From a virus (taxonomy: Duplodnaviria; Caudoviricetes): DNA of 64,000 nucleotides. The position numbers were made by a program, and so were the translations under genes. Each line of letters starts with the position of its first letter. Position 1 is the stretch's first letter. The stretch covers positions 1,965 through 65,964 of the IMG/VR virus record IMGVR_UViG_2900277485_000004. One strand, written 5' to 3'. Below the pieces are notes generated by a model. It had not been told where the DNA came from, did no database searches, and was given only the letters and a program-made list of their open reading frames with translations. Below are positions 41,044-51,839 of this stretch, in pieces.

Positions 41044-42926
41044 TCGTAGACGAACTTATTGCTCGCCTTGGCTTCAAGAGCAGCGGCCAGTCGGAAGCAC
41101 GGAAATTCATTCGTCAGCTTGAGCAAATCAAGAAAGCTGCGAAAGATGCCGGCAAGGGGATGAACCTCAACTTTAGCGGCAAGTCAACCGGCCTCGATCG
41201 GATGGCGGCTGATGCGCAGCGCGCGACGGTGGCGCTGCAACGGCTCCGGCGCGAGGCGATGCGTCCGCTGCGGGTAAACGGCTTTGGCGGTGGGCTGGCT
41301 GTCGGCCCTGGCGGCTACTTGCCGCTTAGCCGGCGCGGCCTTGGTCGGGGCCGGGCTGGGCATGGCAGCGCCGCCGGGAAGATCGGCGCGGGCGAGGTGG
41401 CGCAACGCGAATTCCTCTCGGGCGCCGGCGCAGGCTATGTCGCCTCTCGCGGGACCGGAGCGGCTGGCGCCTTGCTCGGCGGTCTCGCCGCCGCCTCTGC
41501 CACGAAAAGCTCTATGAGCTTTGAGCGCGGCATGATCGACGTGCAGAAGGCGACCGACGCCACTCCGCAGCAGTACAAGGATTACGAGGAATTCATCCTC
41601 AAGCTTGCCCGTAAGACCGGTAAGTCCAAAGAAGAGCTGGCATCGCTTCTCGCGAGTGGCGGGTTCGCAGGCAGGCCGCAAGGTGAGCTTCGCGACTTCA
41701 CCGAGTACGGCGCCAAGGCTGCGGTAGCCTGGAGAACGACGCCCGACGAGACCGGACAGGGTCTCGCCGAGATCGGCAACATCTTTGGCGTTAATCAGAA
41801 GCGCATTGAGGAAATCGGCGACGCGATCAACACGGCGGCCGATAAATCGGCCTCAAAGGAGGCGGATCTTCTGGAGTACATTCGCCGCGTGGGCGCGTCG
41901 GGGAAGCTCAGCGGCATAAGCGCTGAGGAGCTGTTGGCGTTTGGCGCAGCAATGAAAGAAGTTGGTGTCCGCACAGATGTGGCTGCGACCGGCATGGAAG
42001 CTTTCATGAATGTCATGAAGCTTGGGGAGGAGTTCTCAAAGAACGCTGGGGACGGCCTCAAGGAGCTTGGCTACGACTCAACCAAGATGCGAAAGGCGTT
42101 TAACAAGGCGCCGGTCGAAGAAATGATGAAAATGCTTGATAAGCTCAACAAGGTGGCAGACCCGCTTAAGCGCTCTGAAATCATGGTCAACTTGTTCGGC
42201 AAAGAGTACCAAGACGACATCGCCAAGCTAATGAACGCAGTCCCGCGCCTCAAGGAGTTGCTTGAGTTGCTGCGCGACCCGAAAAAATCGCAGGGCTCCG
42301 TCCGCGAGCAATTCGATAAGCAGCTTGAATTTGATGTCAGCAAGATTGACCAAGCGAAGCAGTCAACGGACGTGCTACAGACTCGCGTCGGCAACTACAT
42401 CAAGCGCGGACTAGGCGTCATCTCAGAGGTGTTTAACGGCGCGATCGATGGCCTTGAGGGTGAGGCTATCAGCCCGCAGCAACGCGAGGGGATGACGAAG
42501 AAGTTGAACGCATGGCTTGGCGTGTCCCCGCTTCGCACCTCGCCCGGGATCACCGCCGACGAGTTCAGCCAGCGCTTTGGATCGGGAGCCACCGCCCGGG
42601 GCACCTTCGGCAGCCTGACCGATCGCATGAAATGGGGGGCGGCAGCCGGCAAGATGCCAGGCGCCCCGTCCTTCGGCAGCCTTTCCGACCGGCTGAACTG
42701 GGCAAAGACCGGAACGCAACAGGCCACAGGGGTGACGAACACCATCAACAACACCAACACCGGCAACGACCAGCGGACGCAAAGCGTGACAGTCAACCAG
42801 ACCGTGAATGGCGTTCCCGGCGTGGCATCCGCCGCAGCCGAGGGCGCCAAGAGTGGACTTGCTTCCATGGGGGCTTCGGTCGCCAAGGCCAACTCCACTC
42901 CCACCGCCGGCAGCACGGCGCCGTAA
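41040..42926 (+). CDS. Tape measure protein
   Basis: FERGMIDVQK...DAINTAADKSASKEADL TP901-type core. Confidence 0.88.
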   Translation: MIVDELIARLGFKSSGQSEARKFIRQLEQIKKAAKDAGKGMNLNFSGKSTGLDRMAADAQRATVALQRLRREAMRPLRVNGFGGGLAVGPGGYLPLSRRGLGRGRAGHGSAAGKIGAGEVAQREFLSGAGAGYVASRGTGAAGALLGGLAAASATKSSMSFERGMIDVQKATDATPQQYKDYEEFILKLARKTGKSKEELASLLASGGFAGRPQGELRDFTEYGAKAAVAWRTTPDETGQGLAEIGNIFGVNQKRIEEIGDAINTAADKSASKEADLLEYIRRVGASGKLSGISAEELLAFGAAMKEVGVRTDVAATGMEAFMNVMKLGEEFSKNAGDGLKELGYDSTKMRKAFNKAPVEEMMKMLDKLNKVADPLKRSEIMVNLFGKEYQDDIAKLMNAVPRLKELLELLRDPKKSQGSVREQFDKQLEFDVSKIDQAKQSTDVLQTRVGNYIKRGLGVISEVFNGAIDGLEGEAISPQQREGMTKKLNAWLGVSPLRTSPGITADEFSQRFGSGATARGTFGSLTDRMKWGAAAGKMPGAPSFGSLSDRLNWAKTGTQQATGVTNTINNTNTGNDQRTQSVTVNQTVNGVPGVASAAAEGAKSGLASMGASVAKANSTPTAGSTAP

Positions 42927-42929
42927 GCT

Positions 42930-43457
42930 ATGCCCGTGTTCTTCCCACGCTCAATCGGGCCTGTCGTGGTCGACGTCGTGATTTCGGAAGAGGCTGAGGC
43001 CTCCATGGAAATCCCGTCTCATCCGGTGGAAAAGGGCGCCAAGATCAGCGATCACGCTTGGCGTCTCCCGACCACGCTGACGATGGAGTGCATCAACGGC
43101 GACGTGACCGGTACGTGGCAGGCATTGACCGACCTGATGGCGCAGGCCGAGCCGTTCGACATCCTCAACGGGTTTGACCTGTTTGAGAGCATGATGATCG
43201 AGCGCATCAACCCGCGCCGCGACGTGACGCTCTGCCAGGTCATCTCCTTCTCGGTCGAACTCAAGGAGGTCGTGATCGTTGAGACGGCCACGACTGCGGG
43301 GAATGCTGGTACCGGGGGCGATCAGCGCGGGCAGGGTAAGACCACCCGCGGACAAGTCCAGGCTCGCGAAGTGTCTACCGCGAGCGGGCGCGGGGCGCAG
43401 GTAGGTGCGGCGGTAGCTGCTGCGCCTACCGCTTCTTCGATCCCGGGGCTGTTCTAA
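42930..43457 (+). CDS. Baseplate/tail-tube initiator protein
   Basis: HPVEKGAKISDHA; follows the tape measure. Confidence 0.7.
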   Translation: MPVFFPRSIGPVVVDVVISEEAEASMEIPSHPVEKGAKISDHAWRLPTTLTMECINGDVTGTWQALTDLMAQAEPFDILNGFDLFESMMIERINPRRDVTLCQVISFSVELKEVVIVETATTAGNAGTGGDQRGQGKTTRGQVQAREVSTASGRGAQVGAAVAAAPTASSIPGLF

Positions 43458-43765
43458 TGGCGCTCTACGAGATCACCGTCATCGACGCGCCTTGGCAGCG
43501 GCTTGAGACCTATCTGAGCGACACGCAGGTCGCGCTAGAGCTGTTCTACAACACCTTCCTCAATCGCTGGTCGCTGACGTTCGAGGTGGCGGGCACGGTC
43601 GTCCTGCGCGGACGACGCATGGTGCCGGGCACCGATCTATTGGCGGGGTACGATCTCGGCCTTGGCCGGCTCTTCCTTGTCAACTGGGCGCAGGATGGGA
43701 GCGAGCCGGGGCGCGATGAACTGCCGAGCGGGCAGTATCGCCTGATCCACGACGACGGTCTCTGA
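43457..43765 (+). CDS. Baseplate plug protein
   Basis: YNTFLNRWSL...GRRMVPGTDLL. Confidence 0.7.
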   Translation: MALYEITVIDAPWQRLETYLSDTQVALELFYNTFLNRWSLTFEVAGTVVLRGRRMVPGTDLLAGYDLGLGRLFLVNWAQDGSEPGRDELPSGQYRLIHDDGL

Positions 43766-44658
43766 TGGCGCATCAGTTCGGCCGCATCATTCGCGTGACC
43801 GTGAGCGGCAAGGCCGGCTCCGCCACATTCGAAGGCTCTCAGAGCCCGACGCCAGGGCTCAAGATTGAATTCACTTGCACAAAAACGATTGGTAGCAAAC
43901 AGAATACCGGCACGGTGACCATCACGAACTTGTCGAAGTCTCGTCGCAACATGCTCGGTGAGGAGTACGACAAGCTGACGCTTGAGGTCGGCTATAAGGA
44001 TACCAAGACTTCTGTGCTCCTGACCGGCGAAATCCGCGACGTTAGCCATGCCAAGACCGAGCCGGACATCACCACGACGATCGAAGTGGGCGATGGTGAC
44101 AAGGCGATCCAGAAGGGCAAGGTGTCGAAGACCTTCCCCGCCGGGACCAAGCCGAAAGAAATCATCGAGTACCTTCGCGACCAGATGCCGGGATTGAAGA
44201 AGGGCGAGATCAAGGGCCTAGACGATCTGCCGTCCACGAAGCGTCCCACGACTGTCTACGGCTACGCCTACCGCGAGTTGGACACGCTGGGCCGGCAGCA
44301 CGGCTTTTATTGGTCGGTGCAGAACGACAAATTCCAGGCCGTCAAGTCGGATGAGCACCTCGGCGGCAACATCCTGATCTCGGCAGAAACCGGGATGCTT
44401 GGGACGCCAACGCCGACCGACAAGGGCGTGAAGGTCAAGTGCCTTATCAATCCCGAACTTGCGCCGGGGAAGACCATAGACGTTCGTTCTGACTTCCTCG
44501 ACACGGGATCGGGCAAGGCCAAGGAAAAGCGCTCGACCGACGCAGGCGGCGGCATCTTTCGCATCGCGAACATCAGCTTCACCGGCGGCTCCCGGTCGGA
44601 TGACTTTTATGCTGAGGTCGAGGGCCATCGGGTCGCGGGCAACAAGGTCAAAAAGTAA
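43765..44658 (+). CDS. Baseplate hub protein
   Basis: IEFTCTK...TITNLSK...GMLGTP...CLINPELAPG. Confidence 0.8.
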   Translation: MAHQFGRIIRVTVSGKAGSATFEGSQSPTPGLKIEFTCTKTIGSKQNTGTVTITNLSKSRRNMLGEEYDKLTLEVGYKDTKTSVLLTGEIRDVSHAKTEPDITTTIEVGDGDKAIQKGKVSKTFPAGTKPKEIIEYLRDQMPGLKKGEIKGLDDLPSTKRPTTVYGYAYRELDTLGRQHGFYWSVQNDKFQAVKSDEHLGGNILISAETGMLGTPTPTDKGVKVKCLINPELAPGKTIDVRSDFLDTGSGKAKEKRSTDAGGGIFRIANISFTGGSRSDDFYAEVEGHRVAGNKVKK

Positions 44659-45293
44659 TGGCCGGCTATCAAGGCACTTCAACGCGCCGGGATACCCAGG
44701 AGTATCTTGCGGCGATCCCGGAGACTGAGCGCGCCGACATCAACACGACGGCTGTGGGCATCGTGCAGTCCTACGACGCCAAGACACAGACCGCCGTCGT
44801 GCAGCCGAAACTCACGATGCAGATCGACGGGGAGACGATCCGAGCCCCCGAGTTGCAGAGCGTGCCGGTCGCCCACCCTCGTGCCGGCGGGCTGATCATG
44901 CACAAACCCTTAAAGAAGGGCGACGAGGTCAACTTGCACTTCGCGCAGCGCTCGCTCGACGACGCGGTGCAAGATGGTAGCGACCAATCAGCCAATCGAG
45001 GCCGAATGCACTCGCTGAGCGATGCGCTCGCGGTGCCGGCCGCGCACTCTAAGGCCAAGCAACTCGCGAACCTTCCCGCCGACCGCGCCCACCTGGGCAG
45101 CGAGGATGGGAAGAGCGGCCTTCAGATGAAGGAAGACGGCTCCTTTGATCTCGTGCGGAATGGCGACACGGTCTTCAGGATCCTTGAAGATCTGACGAAG
45201 GCGTTTCGCGACCATCTTCAGCCCGGGGCTCATGACAAGATCGCAGATGCAAATGCGATCCTGACCCGCATCGGCAAAATGAAGGCTTCCTGA
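44658..45293 (+). CDS. Baseplate central spike (Gp138-like)
   Basis: SVPVAHPRAGG...PLKKGDEVNLHFAQRSLD...RMHSLSDA. Confidence 0.82.
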   Translation: MAGYQGTSTRRDTQEYLAAIPETERADINTTAVGIVQSYDAKTQTAVVQPKLTMQIDGETIRAPELQSVPVAHPRAGGLIMHKPLKKGDEVNLHFAQRSLDDAVQDGSDQSANRGRMHSLSDALAVPAAHSKAKQLANLPADRAHLGSEDGKSGLQMKEDGSFDLVRNGDTVFRILEDLTKAFRDHLQPGAHDKIADANAILTRIGKMKAS

Positions 45294-45294
45294 C

Positions 45295-45738
45295 GTGGCA
45301 AAGTACGTCGGCCTGGGCATTACGCCTGAGCATTCAGAACTGCTGGCAACCGAAAATGGCGCGATCGTCGTCTCGGAAGCCGGTCTCGCGATCCTCGCCT
45401 ATCAGACCAAGAACGACCTGACGCTCGACGAGACCGGCAACCTCCGAATGGTCTACGACGCGGAGGCCGTTGGGGAGCACGCGCGGCAGCGGCTCATGTT
45501 CTTCAAGGGTGAGTGGTTTCTGGACCCGTCCATCGGTGTCGACTGGTTCGGGCAGGTACTCGGGTTCGCCTCAAGCCGGATGCAGGTCGCCGAGGCGATC
45601 GTTAAGCGCGTGATCCTTCAGACGCCCGGTGTTACGGGCCTGCGTCAAGTTTCCACCACCTATGACCGGGCCATCCGCGGCGTTCGCATCGAGGGCGTCG
45701 AGGTTGACACCGAGTTTGATGAGCCGGTGATCCTCTGA
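45295..45738 (+). CDS. Baseplate wedge (gp25-like)
   Basis: RLMFFKGEWFLDPSIGVDW. Confidence 0.78.
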   Translation: MAKYVGLGITPEHSELLATENGAIVVSEAGLAILAYQTKNDLTLDETGNLRMVYDAEAVGEHARQRLMFFKGEWFLDPSIGVDWFGQVLGFASSRMQVAEAIVKRVILQTPGVTGLRQVSTTYDRAIRGVRIEGVEVDTEFDEPVIL

Positions 45739-46643
45739 TGGCCGATTACGGCGTCCTGCCCGAAGGCTTTGCCCGCAAGCCCTTGCCCGTGCTTCTTAGC
45801 GAGATCGAGGAGAAGGCGCGCGAGGTGTTCGGAGATGGCGTGATCCAGACGCCCCAGAGCCCGCTTGGCCAGCTGAATGGAATGTACGCCTCGCTCGCCT
45901 CCACCCTGTGGGAGATCGCTGAGGGCACGTACCAGAGCTATGACCCCGACCAAGCCGAGGGTTCTCGTCTCGCCATGCTTGGGCGCATCCGCCTCGTTGA
46001 GCGGATGGACGGCGAGCAGGATCCCGAATTCCGCCTCGCGATCACGAACAGCGGGCGAGCCCGCATCGATATAGCCGACATTGACCGAGCGGTGTCTAGG
46101 GTCGGCGGCATCACCTTTGTTCGGACCTACCTCAATCCGAGCGATGTGACGGACGCGGACGGGCTGCCAAGCCACTCTGTAGCCGTCGCCGTTCTCGGCG
46201 GCGATGATGCCGAGATCGGCGCTGCGCTTCGTCCCTACGTCGTGCCCGGGATCGACACGTACGGGAACGCCCGAGCCGATGTCGAGGTCGATGGCTACTG
46301 CCGTACGGTATATTTCGTCCGCCCGGTTGAAGTGCCGCTTGGGCTTCAGCTTCTCGTGTCCGCCGAACCCGATCGCCTCGGTTGTCCCCCGCCGTCAGCG
46401 GCGGCCATTGCCTTGACCGTCGCCAACGCCCTTACCGGAGCGACCCGCCCTGCCAACGGCGTTGACATAACCCTGCACATGCTGCGCACCATCGTGTCGG
46501 CTGCGCATGGCGTCAACGTCGAGGTCTTGAGCGCAACCGCCAATCTGCTGGTCGACGGGCCGCTCGTTGCGCTTCCCTACCCGATCGGCTTCCTTGAGAT
46601 TGCAAAGATTGATCCGACGAAGATCACGGTGGCCTTCGCGTGA
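45738..46643 (+). CDS. Baseplate J-like wedge protein
   Basis: YGVLPEGF...SPLGQL...YDPDQAEG...LPSHSVAVAVLGG. Confidence 0.8.
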   Translation: MADYGVLPEGFARKPLPVLLSEIEEKAREVFGDGVIQTPQSPLGQLNGMYASLASTLWEIAEGTYQSYDPDQAEGSRLAMLGRIRLVERMDGEQDPEFRLAITNSGRARIDIADIDRAVSRVGGITFVRTYLNPSDVTDADGLPSHSVAVAVLGGDDAEIGAALRPYVVPGIDTYGNARADVEVDGYCRTVYFVRPVEVPLGLQLLVSAEPDRLGCPPPSAAAIALTVANALTGATRPANGVDITLHMLRTIVSAAHGVNVEVLSATANLLVDGPLVALPYPIGFLEIAKIDPTKITVAFA

Positions 46644-47464
46644 TCGACGCTTGCCCCTCTACTGGCGATCTCGTTGCGGTTGAGCTTGGCCGCATCGCCA
46701 CTCAGTATCGCGAGGCCGAGCATCTGCGCGGCTATATGACGGCGGCGCTGTCCCAGGTTGAGGAAATCGCCCGCGTCACATGCGCGATCCCCGACTACTT
46801 TGACATCCGCACTGCCGTTGGCGAGCAGCTGACGTTTCTGGGCAAGCGGATGGGCTTTCCGCGCTGTCACTGTGTCTGCGATAGCCGGCCCGTCGTCGGC
46901 TTCGCCTGCGAGACGCAAACGACGCCATACGCCATTGTCGGCTTCTGCGAAGACAGCACTTGGCTTGGCTGCGATGGGTACGCTGAGATCTGCCTGAGTG
47001 ATGACGAGGTTTACCGAGCGCATCTGTACGCCAGGCGCTACCAGATGCTCGGCTTGTTCGACCTACAGAGCCTCGGAGCGGCTGTGCGAGCCGTATGGGG
47101 CAACGCCGCTTGGATCCCCCAAGCGGGCGCCGGCCGCGTCGTTCTCGCTCCAGGCCGCGATCTGACGACCGCCGAAACGCAGCGCCTGTCGGTCACCTTG
47201 CGCGCCCTGCCGATTGCCCCCGGCGTCGGGATCGCGATGCACTATGGCCCTGCCCCTATTGCTGGCTTTGGCGCGGGCTGGGCTGGCTTCTGTGACAGCG
47301 TGCCGGACCAGATCGTGGTCGGCTTCGACTGCGCTGACGAGCCGAGCCAGCGCCCCATCGGAGGCTTCTGCACGGATGCCGTGTGGACTGCCTGCGCCCC
47401 CTCTGTTGTGCCCGCCGGCTACTGGCTCTGCCCGGTCCCGATAGACCCTTACGCCTGCCCCTAA
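46640..47464 (+). CDS. Baseplate wedge protein (DUF2612)
   Basis: TQYREA...AVGEQLTFLGKRMG...LSDDEVYR; acidic GFC repeats. Confidence 0.78.
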   Translation: MIDACPSTGDLVAVELGRIATQYREAEHLRGYMTAALSQVEEIARVTCAIPDYFDIRTAVGEQLTFLGKRMGFPRCHCVCDSRPVVGFACETQTTPYAIVGFCEDSTWLGCDGYAEICLSDDEVYRAHLYARRYQMLGLFDLQSLGAAVRAVWGNAAWIPQAGAGRVVLAPGRDLTTAETQRLSVTLRALPIAPGVGIAMHYGPAPIAGFGAGWAGFCDSVPDQIVVGFDCADEPSQRPIGGFCTDAVWTACAPSVVPAGYWLCPVPIDPYACP

Positions 47465-47473
47465 GGAACATCC

Positions 47474-48775
47474 ATGAAGGCGGATTTCAATGCGCGCTGG
47501 GCTGAAGCCCCGGCGACGCTTCGTCGTGAGCCGTCGGCTCTCGAACTTGCGGGAGGCTTCCCTTGCGGGCCGCTTGACCTCCCGCTTTGGAACGAGCTGA
47601 CGTACCGTCTCACGCAGGTTTACGGCGAGCTGGCGACCGTCGTTCGTCAGTCGGGGCAGACCCCGAACCAGAGCAATCTGGGACAGGTTTGGCAGGCGAT
47701 CCTGAGCGTTCTCCCCGCTTCAGTCGGGCTTTGGCATGTCGGGACGACAACGCGTTCAGGCTCAACGCTTACCGTTGCGTCCGTCACGCCTCCGATTACG
47801 GCCGAGGCTGATTTCCTTCCTTGCCTGATCCGCGTGCCATCCGGCGTAGTCGCTGGTGATACACTTTCGATAAGCGGCCTTTCTGGCCTGCTGAAACGCA
47901 ATGATGGCTCTCCGATCCAGACCGGCGATGTGCCGCCAGACGGCGAGATGCTGGTTAACCGCCACGGATCTGAGTGGCGGCTGGTCGGGTTTGGCCGAAC
48001 CGAAGTGATTATCCCGCGCGACAGCCCGACGTTCTATGTGCGAACCGATGGTAGTGACGGCAACGACGGCTCAGAAAATAGCCCTACTAAGGCATTTCGC
48101 ACGCTCGGCGCTCTGCTGAATAAGGCCGTATCGCAGTACGCTTTCAGCCAGCTCAATGTTCGCATGGGGATACCGGGCACATATGAGTCGCCAGGCGCAA
48201 TTCCAGTTGCCGCTGGCAAAATCAGCATTTACGGCGATCAAGCAAATCAAGCAGGCTACGTGATACAAGGAGCCGGATCGCCAGGTCGAGGCTCCATTCA
48301 GGCGGCCACTTCTGTTGATTTGATTGGACTGACAGTATCAAACACAGGCAATCAGAGCCATACGCTTGTTGCTACCAATGGGGCGCAGGTCGCATGCTTG
48401 AATGTTGATCTGCGAAGTCTTGCTACCACGACCGGGTTCCATGCCTACGGGTCAGGCGGTCGCGTAGTTTTCCAGACTGGGTGCTCCATTGGTGGCAACG
48501 CAGCCGCGGCGCTCTGGGGCGAGGCAGGAGGCGAGGCGGCGATTAACCCGTCTACTTCTTTGGCCGTTGTTGGCAATCCGAATTTCTCAACGGCTTTTGC
48601 CGTAGCAATCGCCACGGGCCGAGTTACCGCGCTATCCGGGTCGTCGGTTGCCGGGTCTTCCACTGGCAATCGTTACAATGCGCAAAGCTACGGGATCATC
48701 AATACGAACGGCGGTGGTCCAAATTTCTTCCCCGGAGACCAGGCCGGATTTGTCAGCAACGCTTTGTACCTTTGA
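47474..48775 (+). CDS. Tail fibre protein
   Basis: Follows the baseplate; FYVRTDGSDGNDG...AFRT and a beta-helix-like C-terminus with lower GC. Confidence 0.75.
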   Translation: MKADFNARWAEAPATLRREPSALELAGGFPCGPLDLPLWNELTYRLTQVYGELATVVRQSGQTPNQSNLGQVWQAILSVLPASVGLWHVGTTTRSGSTLTVASVTPPITAEADFLPCLIRVPSGVVAGDTLSISGLSGLLKRNDGSPIQTGDVPPDGEMLVNRHGSEWRLVGFGRTEVIIPRDSPTFYVRTDGSDGNDGSENSPTKAFRTLGALLNKAVSQYAFSQLNVRMGIPGTYESPGAIPVAAGKISIYGDQANQAGYVIQGAGSPGRGSIQAATSVDLIGLTVSNTGNQSHTLVATNGAQVACLNVDLRSLATTTGFHAYGSGGRVVFQTGCSIGGNAAAALWGEAGGEAAINPSTSLAVVGNPNFSTAFAVAIATGRVTALSGSSVAGSSTGNRYNAQSYGIINTNGGGPNFFPGDQAGFVSNALYL

Positions 48776-48785
48776 GGCTGCTAAT

Positions 48786-49226
48786 ATGCTTGCGTATAAT
48801 CCTAGTGCGTGGTTTTGGCGCGCGGACGATGGAAGGATCTATTCCAGCGCTACTCGCGCGATCGTTTCCGAGGAAGACGAAGCTTTCACCAATTGGTCGG
48901 CGGCGGGTGGCACTCCAACGATCTGGCCCCGCGACGACGCTGGGCACCAGACCGATGCTTCGCTCAAGGCTGTCTTGGATGCTGCTGGCGCTTATTTCAC
49001 GTCGTCGGCGATTACCTACAAGGCAGACATTTATAGACGAGCCAGCGATGAGGAGGCGGAAGCGATTGAGACAGCGCTCATGCATGTGCCTGTCAGGCAG
49101 CGCCGCCTTTTTGAGAGCGCACTGCATTTAGATCACGCCGCGCCTGAGTTTGCGCAAATGAAAATTGCTCTTGAAGAAATGTTCGGGTCAGACAGGGCGG
49201 CTGAGCTTCTTTCTCCTTCGTCTTGA
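48786..49226 (+). CDS. Tail fibre assembly chaperone
   Basis: Directly after the fibre; YKADIYRRA...RQRRLF...RAAELL. Confidence 0.6.
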   Translation: MLAYNPSAWFWRADDGRIYSSATRAIVSEEDEAFTNWSAAGGTPTIWPRDDAGHQTDASLKAVLDAAGAYFTSSAITYKADIYRRASDEEAEAIETALMHVPVRQRRLFESALHLDHAAPEFAQMKIALEEMFGSDRAAELLSPSS

Positions 49227-49338
49227 CGAACAATTGGCGCCCTTCATAGCGTCAATTTAATTATCTATAAAAAAAATACTTCACTTACTACGTGGCTGCT
49301 CCAGCCGCGCCGCGATCTTCTGCGCGAGACCATAAGGC

Positions 49339-51837
49339 ATGAGCGACATCATCACAGTCACGATCCCTGAGCTTCCGGCTGCGGCGCGGGTTGATGGCTC
49401 TGAGATGATTGCCGTCTTCAAAGGTGACCGGCTTCAGCGGATTGAGCAGTCGGCTATCCGTGGGACGAAGACCTTTTCCGGCACGACCCCGCCCCCGGAT
49501 CAGCCGTCCTCTATCATGGCGCTTCAGCCTGTCCTTGGCGATCGGTGGCGCAACACTGACACCGGAGACGAATGGAAGGTCACCAACCTCGACCCATTCA
49601 CTTGGACGTTTGACGGCAATCTCATGGGCGCCCCCAGTCAGGTGCCAGGGCCGGCAGGGGCGCCGGGTGCCGCGGGCAAAGATGGCAAGGATGGACAACG
49701 GGGACTCCCCGGCCCAGGTTTGACTGTGACCAAAATTGCTGCCTCGCCGGTTGCAGGCTGGTCAGCAATCGTCGCCAGCGGGCCCGATGGATGCCGCGCC
49801 AGCGATCCATCCGATCCGGCCCAACGGCAGCAGGTCATCGGTGTGACCGCCTATGGCGGGCTTGCGGGCTCGCAAGTGACGGCGCAGATCTCGGGCGATC
49901 TTCTCGGTCCGAATGCAGGCTTCGTGCCGGGCACGACGCTGTTCGTCGGCGCCGGCGGCGTCCTCACCTCGACGCCTCCCACCTCCGGCTGGCGTCAGGC
50001 CGTCGCGTCCGTCATCGCTGATGGTCACATCGTCGTGAACCTCGGCGAGGCGACGCTGATCACGGCAGAGGACGCCCTGATTGCCGAGGGTGGGTTTGCC
50101 ACGGCCGCGACGGCGTTGGACGTGGCCAGCGGTCAGGCGACCGGCAAGTATGTGACGCCGCCCGCCCTTGCCAGCGCCCCGTTTCAGCCGGACGCAGCCT
50201 ATGCCTTGCCGGCCCGCACCAAATCTCTCCGCCAGTGGTTCGTTGATCTCGCGACCGAGGGCGCCGATCTGCGCATGCTCGGCTTCGTCGGCGACGGTGC
50301 TAGCCATCCTCTGAGCCAGCGGTTCAGCACGCTCGCGGCGGCACGGGCTGTGTTCCCGCGGGCAAACGCCCTCTCTGAGGAGATTGACGGGCACGCGATC
50401 CAGCGCGTGATTGACCTCGCGGTTGCTGCGGACGCCAGCGACAGCACTCCGGGCGGAGCATGCGTCGTGCTCCCGCGCGGAACGGTAGCGCTGACCTCGT
50501 TCCCGATCGACAGCACGGCCACAGCATCGTGCAGCGTGTTCAGCCCCGGGCCCGCGACGATCAAGTGCGTAGGCTCGGCAGCCGGTGCCTGGACCCACGG
50601 CAAGCAGGGCGCGACCGCCTCTGGCCCGCTGACGTGGAGCGGCGTGGATCTCGACAGTTCGTCCACGGGTACGACGACGGGGCTGACGGCTTGGTTCGGT
50701 AGCGCTGGCGCCGGCCGCGGTCTCACCCTGACGATCGAGAAATCCCGTTTCAACCGCATGGATCGCGGAGCGCTGATTGCCGACTACCCGCGCGGCGTCA
50801 AGGTGGATAACGTCGTCGTGTTCGGCAAAGACAACGTCACGTCGCCGCTTCCTGGCATTGAAGTCATCGCAACAGCAACTGCCGGCTATGGCCCGGCAAG
50901 CGCTAAGTTTACCAACTGCCTGATCGCCAATTACACATGGGGCTGGAAATTCACCGACAACGCTGGCCTGGAAGGGTCCGTGTTTGAGAATTGCCGCTCC
51001 TATAACGGCTGGGGCCTGTGTCAGGTCCGCGTGCTGCGGCAGAACTATCGCTCCGTCCTGTGGACGTTCCAGAACTGCGACTGGCAGGGCAAGGGCTTTG
51101 CCCTGGACATGTACAATGTCCGCAAGCTGGAAGTGACTAACGGCTATTGGGCGATGGACCCCAATTCCGACAATCTGCCTCTCCCGTCCGATACGGTCAC
51201 CAGTTCTGGCGAGCGCCGGATTTTCAATCTCAACAACGTCCAAGGCTTTGACATCGTCAACGCCGAGGTCGTCGTCTCGGGACCGAACCAAGACGTGTCG
51301 CCCGGAGCGCTGGAGACCAACTTTGTCATCGGGCACGTTGACGCAAATTGCTTCCTTGGTCGCTTCGACGGGACAATTATTACCTGCGATCACGCTGTAG
51401 CAACGGCCTTGTTCCGCCTCTCGGGACAAAAGAAAGCCACGATCGCGGTACGCGGTACGCGGATCAACTACGTTTGGAGCAATCCGCCCGTGGTTGTCTA
51501 CACGGGCACCGGAGACCAGCCCTACCAGATTAGCGCCGACGATGTCGCGGCCAAGTCCGGCAGCGTGTCCGATGCCGGATATTACCGATTTTCCGGTGTG
51601 ACGGTTGTGACTACAGGCAGCGACGGGAAGGCCACGATCCCGCTGCCCAAGCGGGCCCCGGGTATTCTTCCGTTTTTCACCGGCTTTCCGACCGTAACGG
51701 CGACATCTGAAAACAGTAACGGCCCGGCCATCCCGGTCACAGTGACCGCAAGGTCATCAACTGACTTTACTGTAATCGCAGCCAACTCCGCAAGCGGCGC
51801 AACAATTGCGGTCAACTGGAACGCCGAGGGCTTCTGA
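49339..51837 (+). CDS. Fibre/spike: collagen-like linker, DUF2190-like domain, right-handed beta-helix, gp53-like tip
   Basis: GPAGAPGAAGKDGKDGQRGLPG; GFVGDG...DGHAIQRVID beta-helix start; ends NWNAEGF. Confidence 0.75.
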   Translation: MSDIITVTIPELPAAARVDGSEMIAVFKGDRLQRIEQSAIRGTKTFSGTTPPPDQPSSIMALQPVLGDRWRNTDTGDEWKVTNLDPFTWTFDGNLMGAPSQVPGPAGAPGAAGKDGKDGQRGLPGPGLTVTKIAASPVAGWSAIVASGPDGCRASDPSDPAQRQQVIGVTAYGGLAGSQVTAQISGDLLGPNAGFVPGTTLFVGAGGVLTSTPPTSGWRQAVASVIADGHIVVNLGEATLITAEDALIAEGGFATAATALDVASGQATGKYVTPPALASAPFQPDAAYALPARTKSLRQWFVDLATEGADLRMLGFVGDGASHPLSQRFSTLAAARAVFPRANALSEEIDGHAIQRVIDLAVAADASDSTPGGACVVLPRGTVALTSFPIDSTATASCSVFSPGPATIKCVGSAAGAWTHGKQGATASGPLTWSGVDLDSSSTGTTTGLTAWFGSAGAGRGLTLTIEKSRFNRMDRGALIADYPRGVKVDNVVVFGKDNVTSPLPGIEVIATATAGYGPASAKFTNCLIANYTWGWKFTDNAGLEGSVFENCRSYNGWGLCQVRVLRQNYRSVLWTFQNCDWQGKGFALDMYNVRKLEVTNGYWAMDPNSDNLPLPSDTVTSSGERRIFNLNNVQGFDIVNAEVVVSGPNQDVSPGALETNFVIGHVDANCFLGRFDGTIITCDHAVATALFRLSGQKKATIAVRGTRINYVWSNPPVVVYTGTGDQPYQISADDVAAKSGSVSDAGYYRFSGVTVVTTGSDGKATIPLPKRAPGILPFFTGFPTVTATSENSNGPAIPVTVTARSSTDFTVIAANSASGATIAVNWNAEGF

Positions 51838-51839
51838 TC

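Noticed and set aside
21752-49226. Gene transfer agent
   Set aside because: Contractile tail, own replication, repressor and lysis modules indicate a full phage rather than an RcGTA-type cluster.
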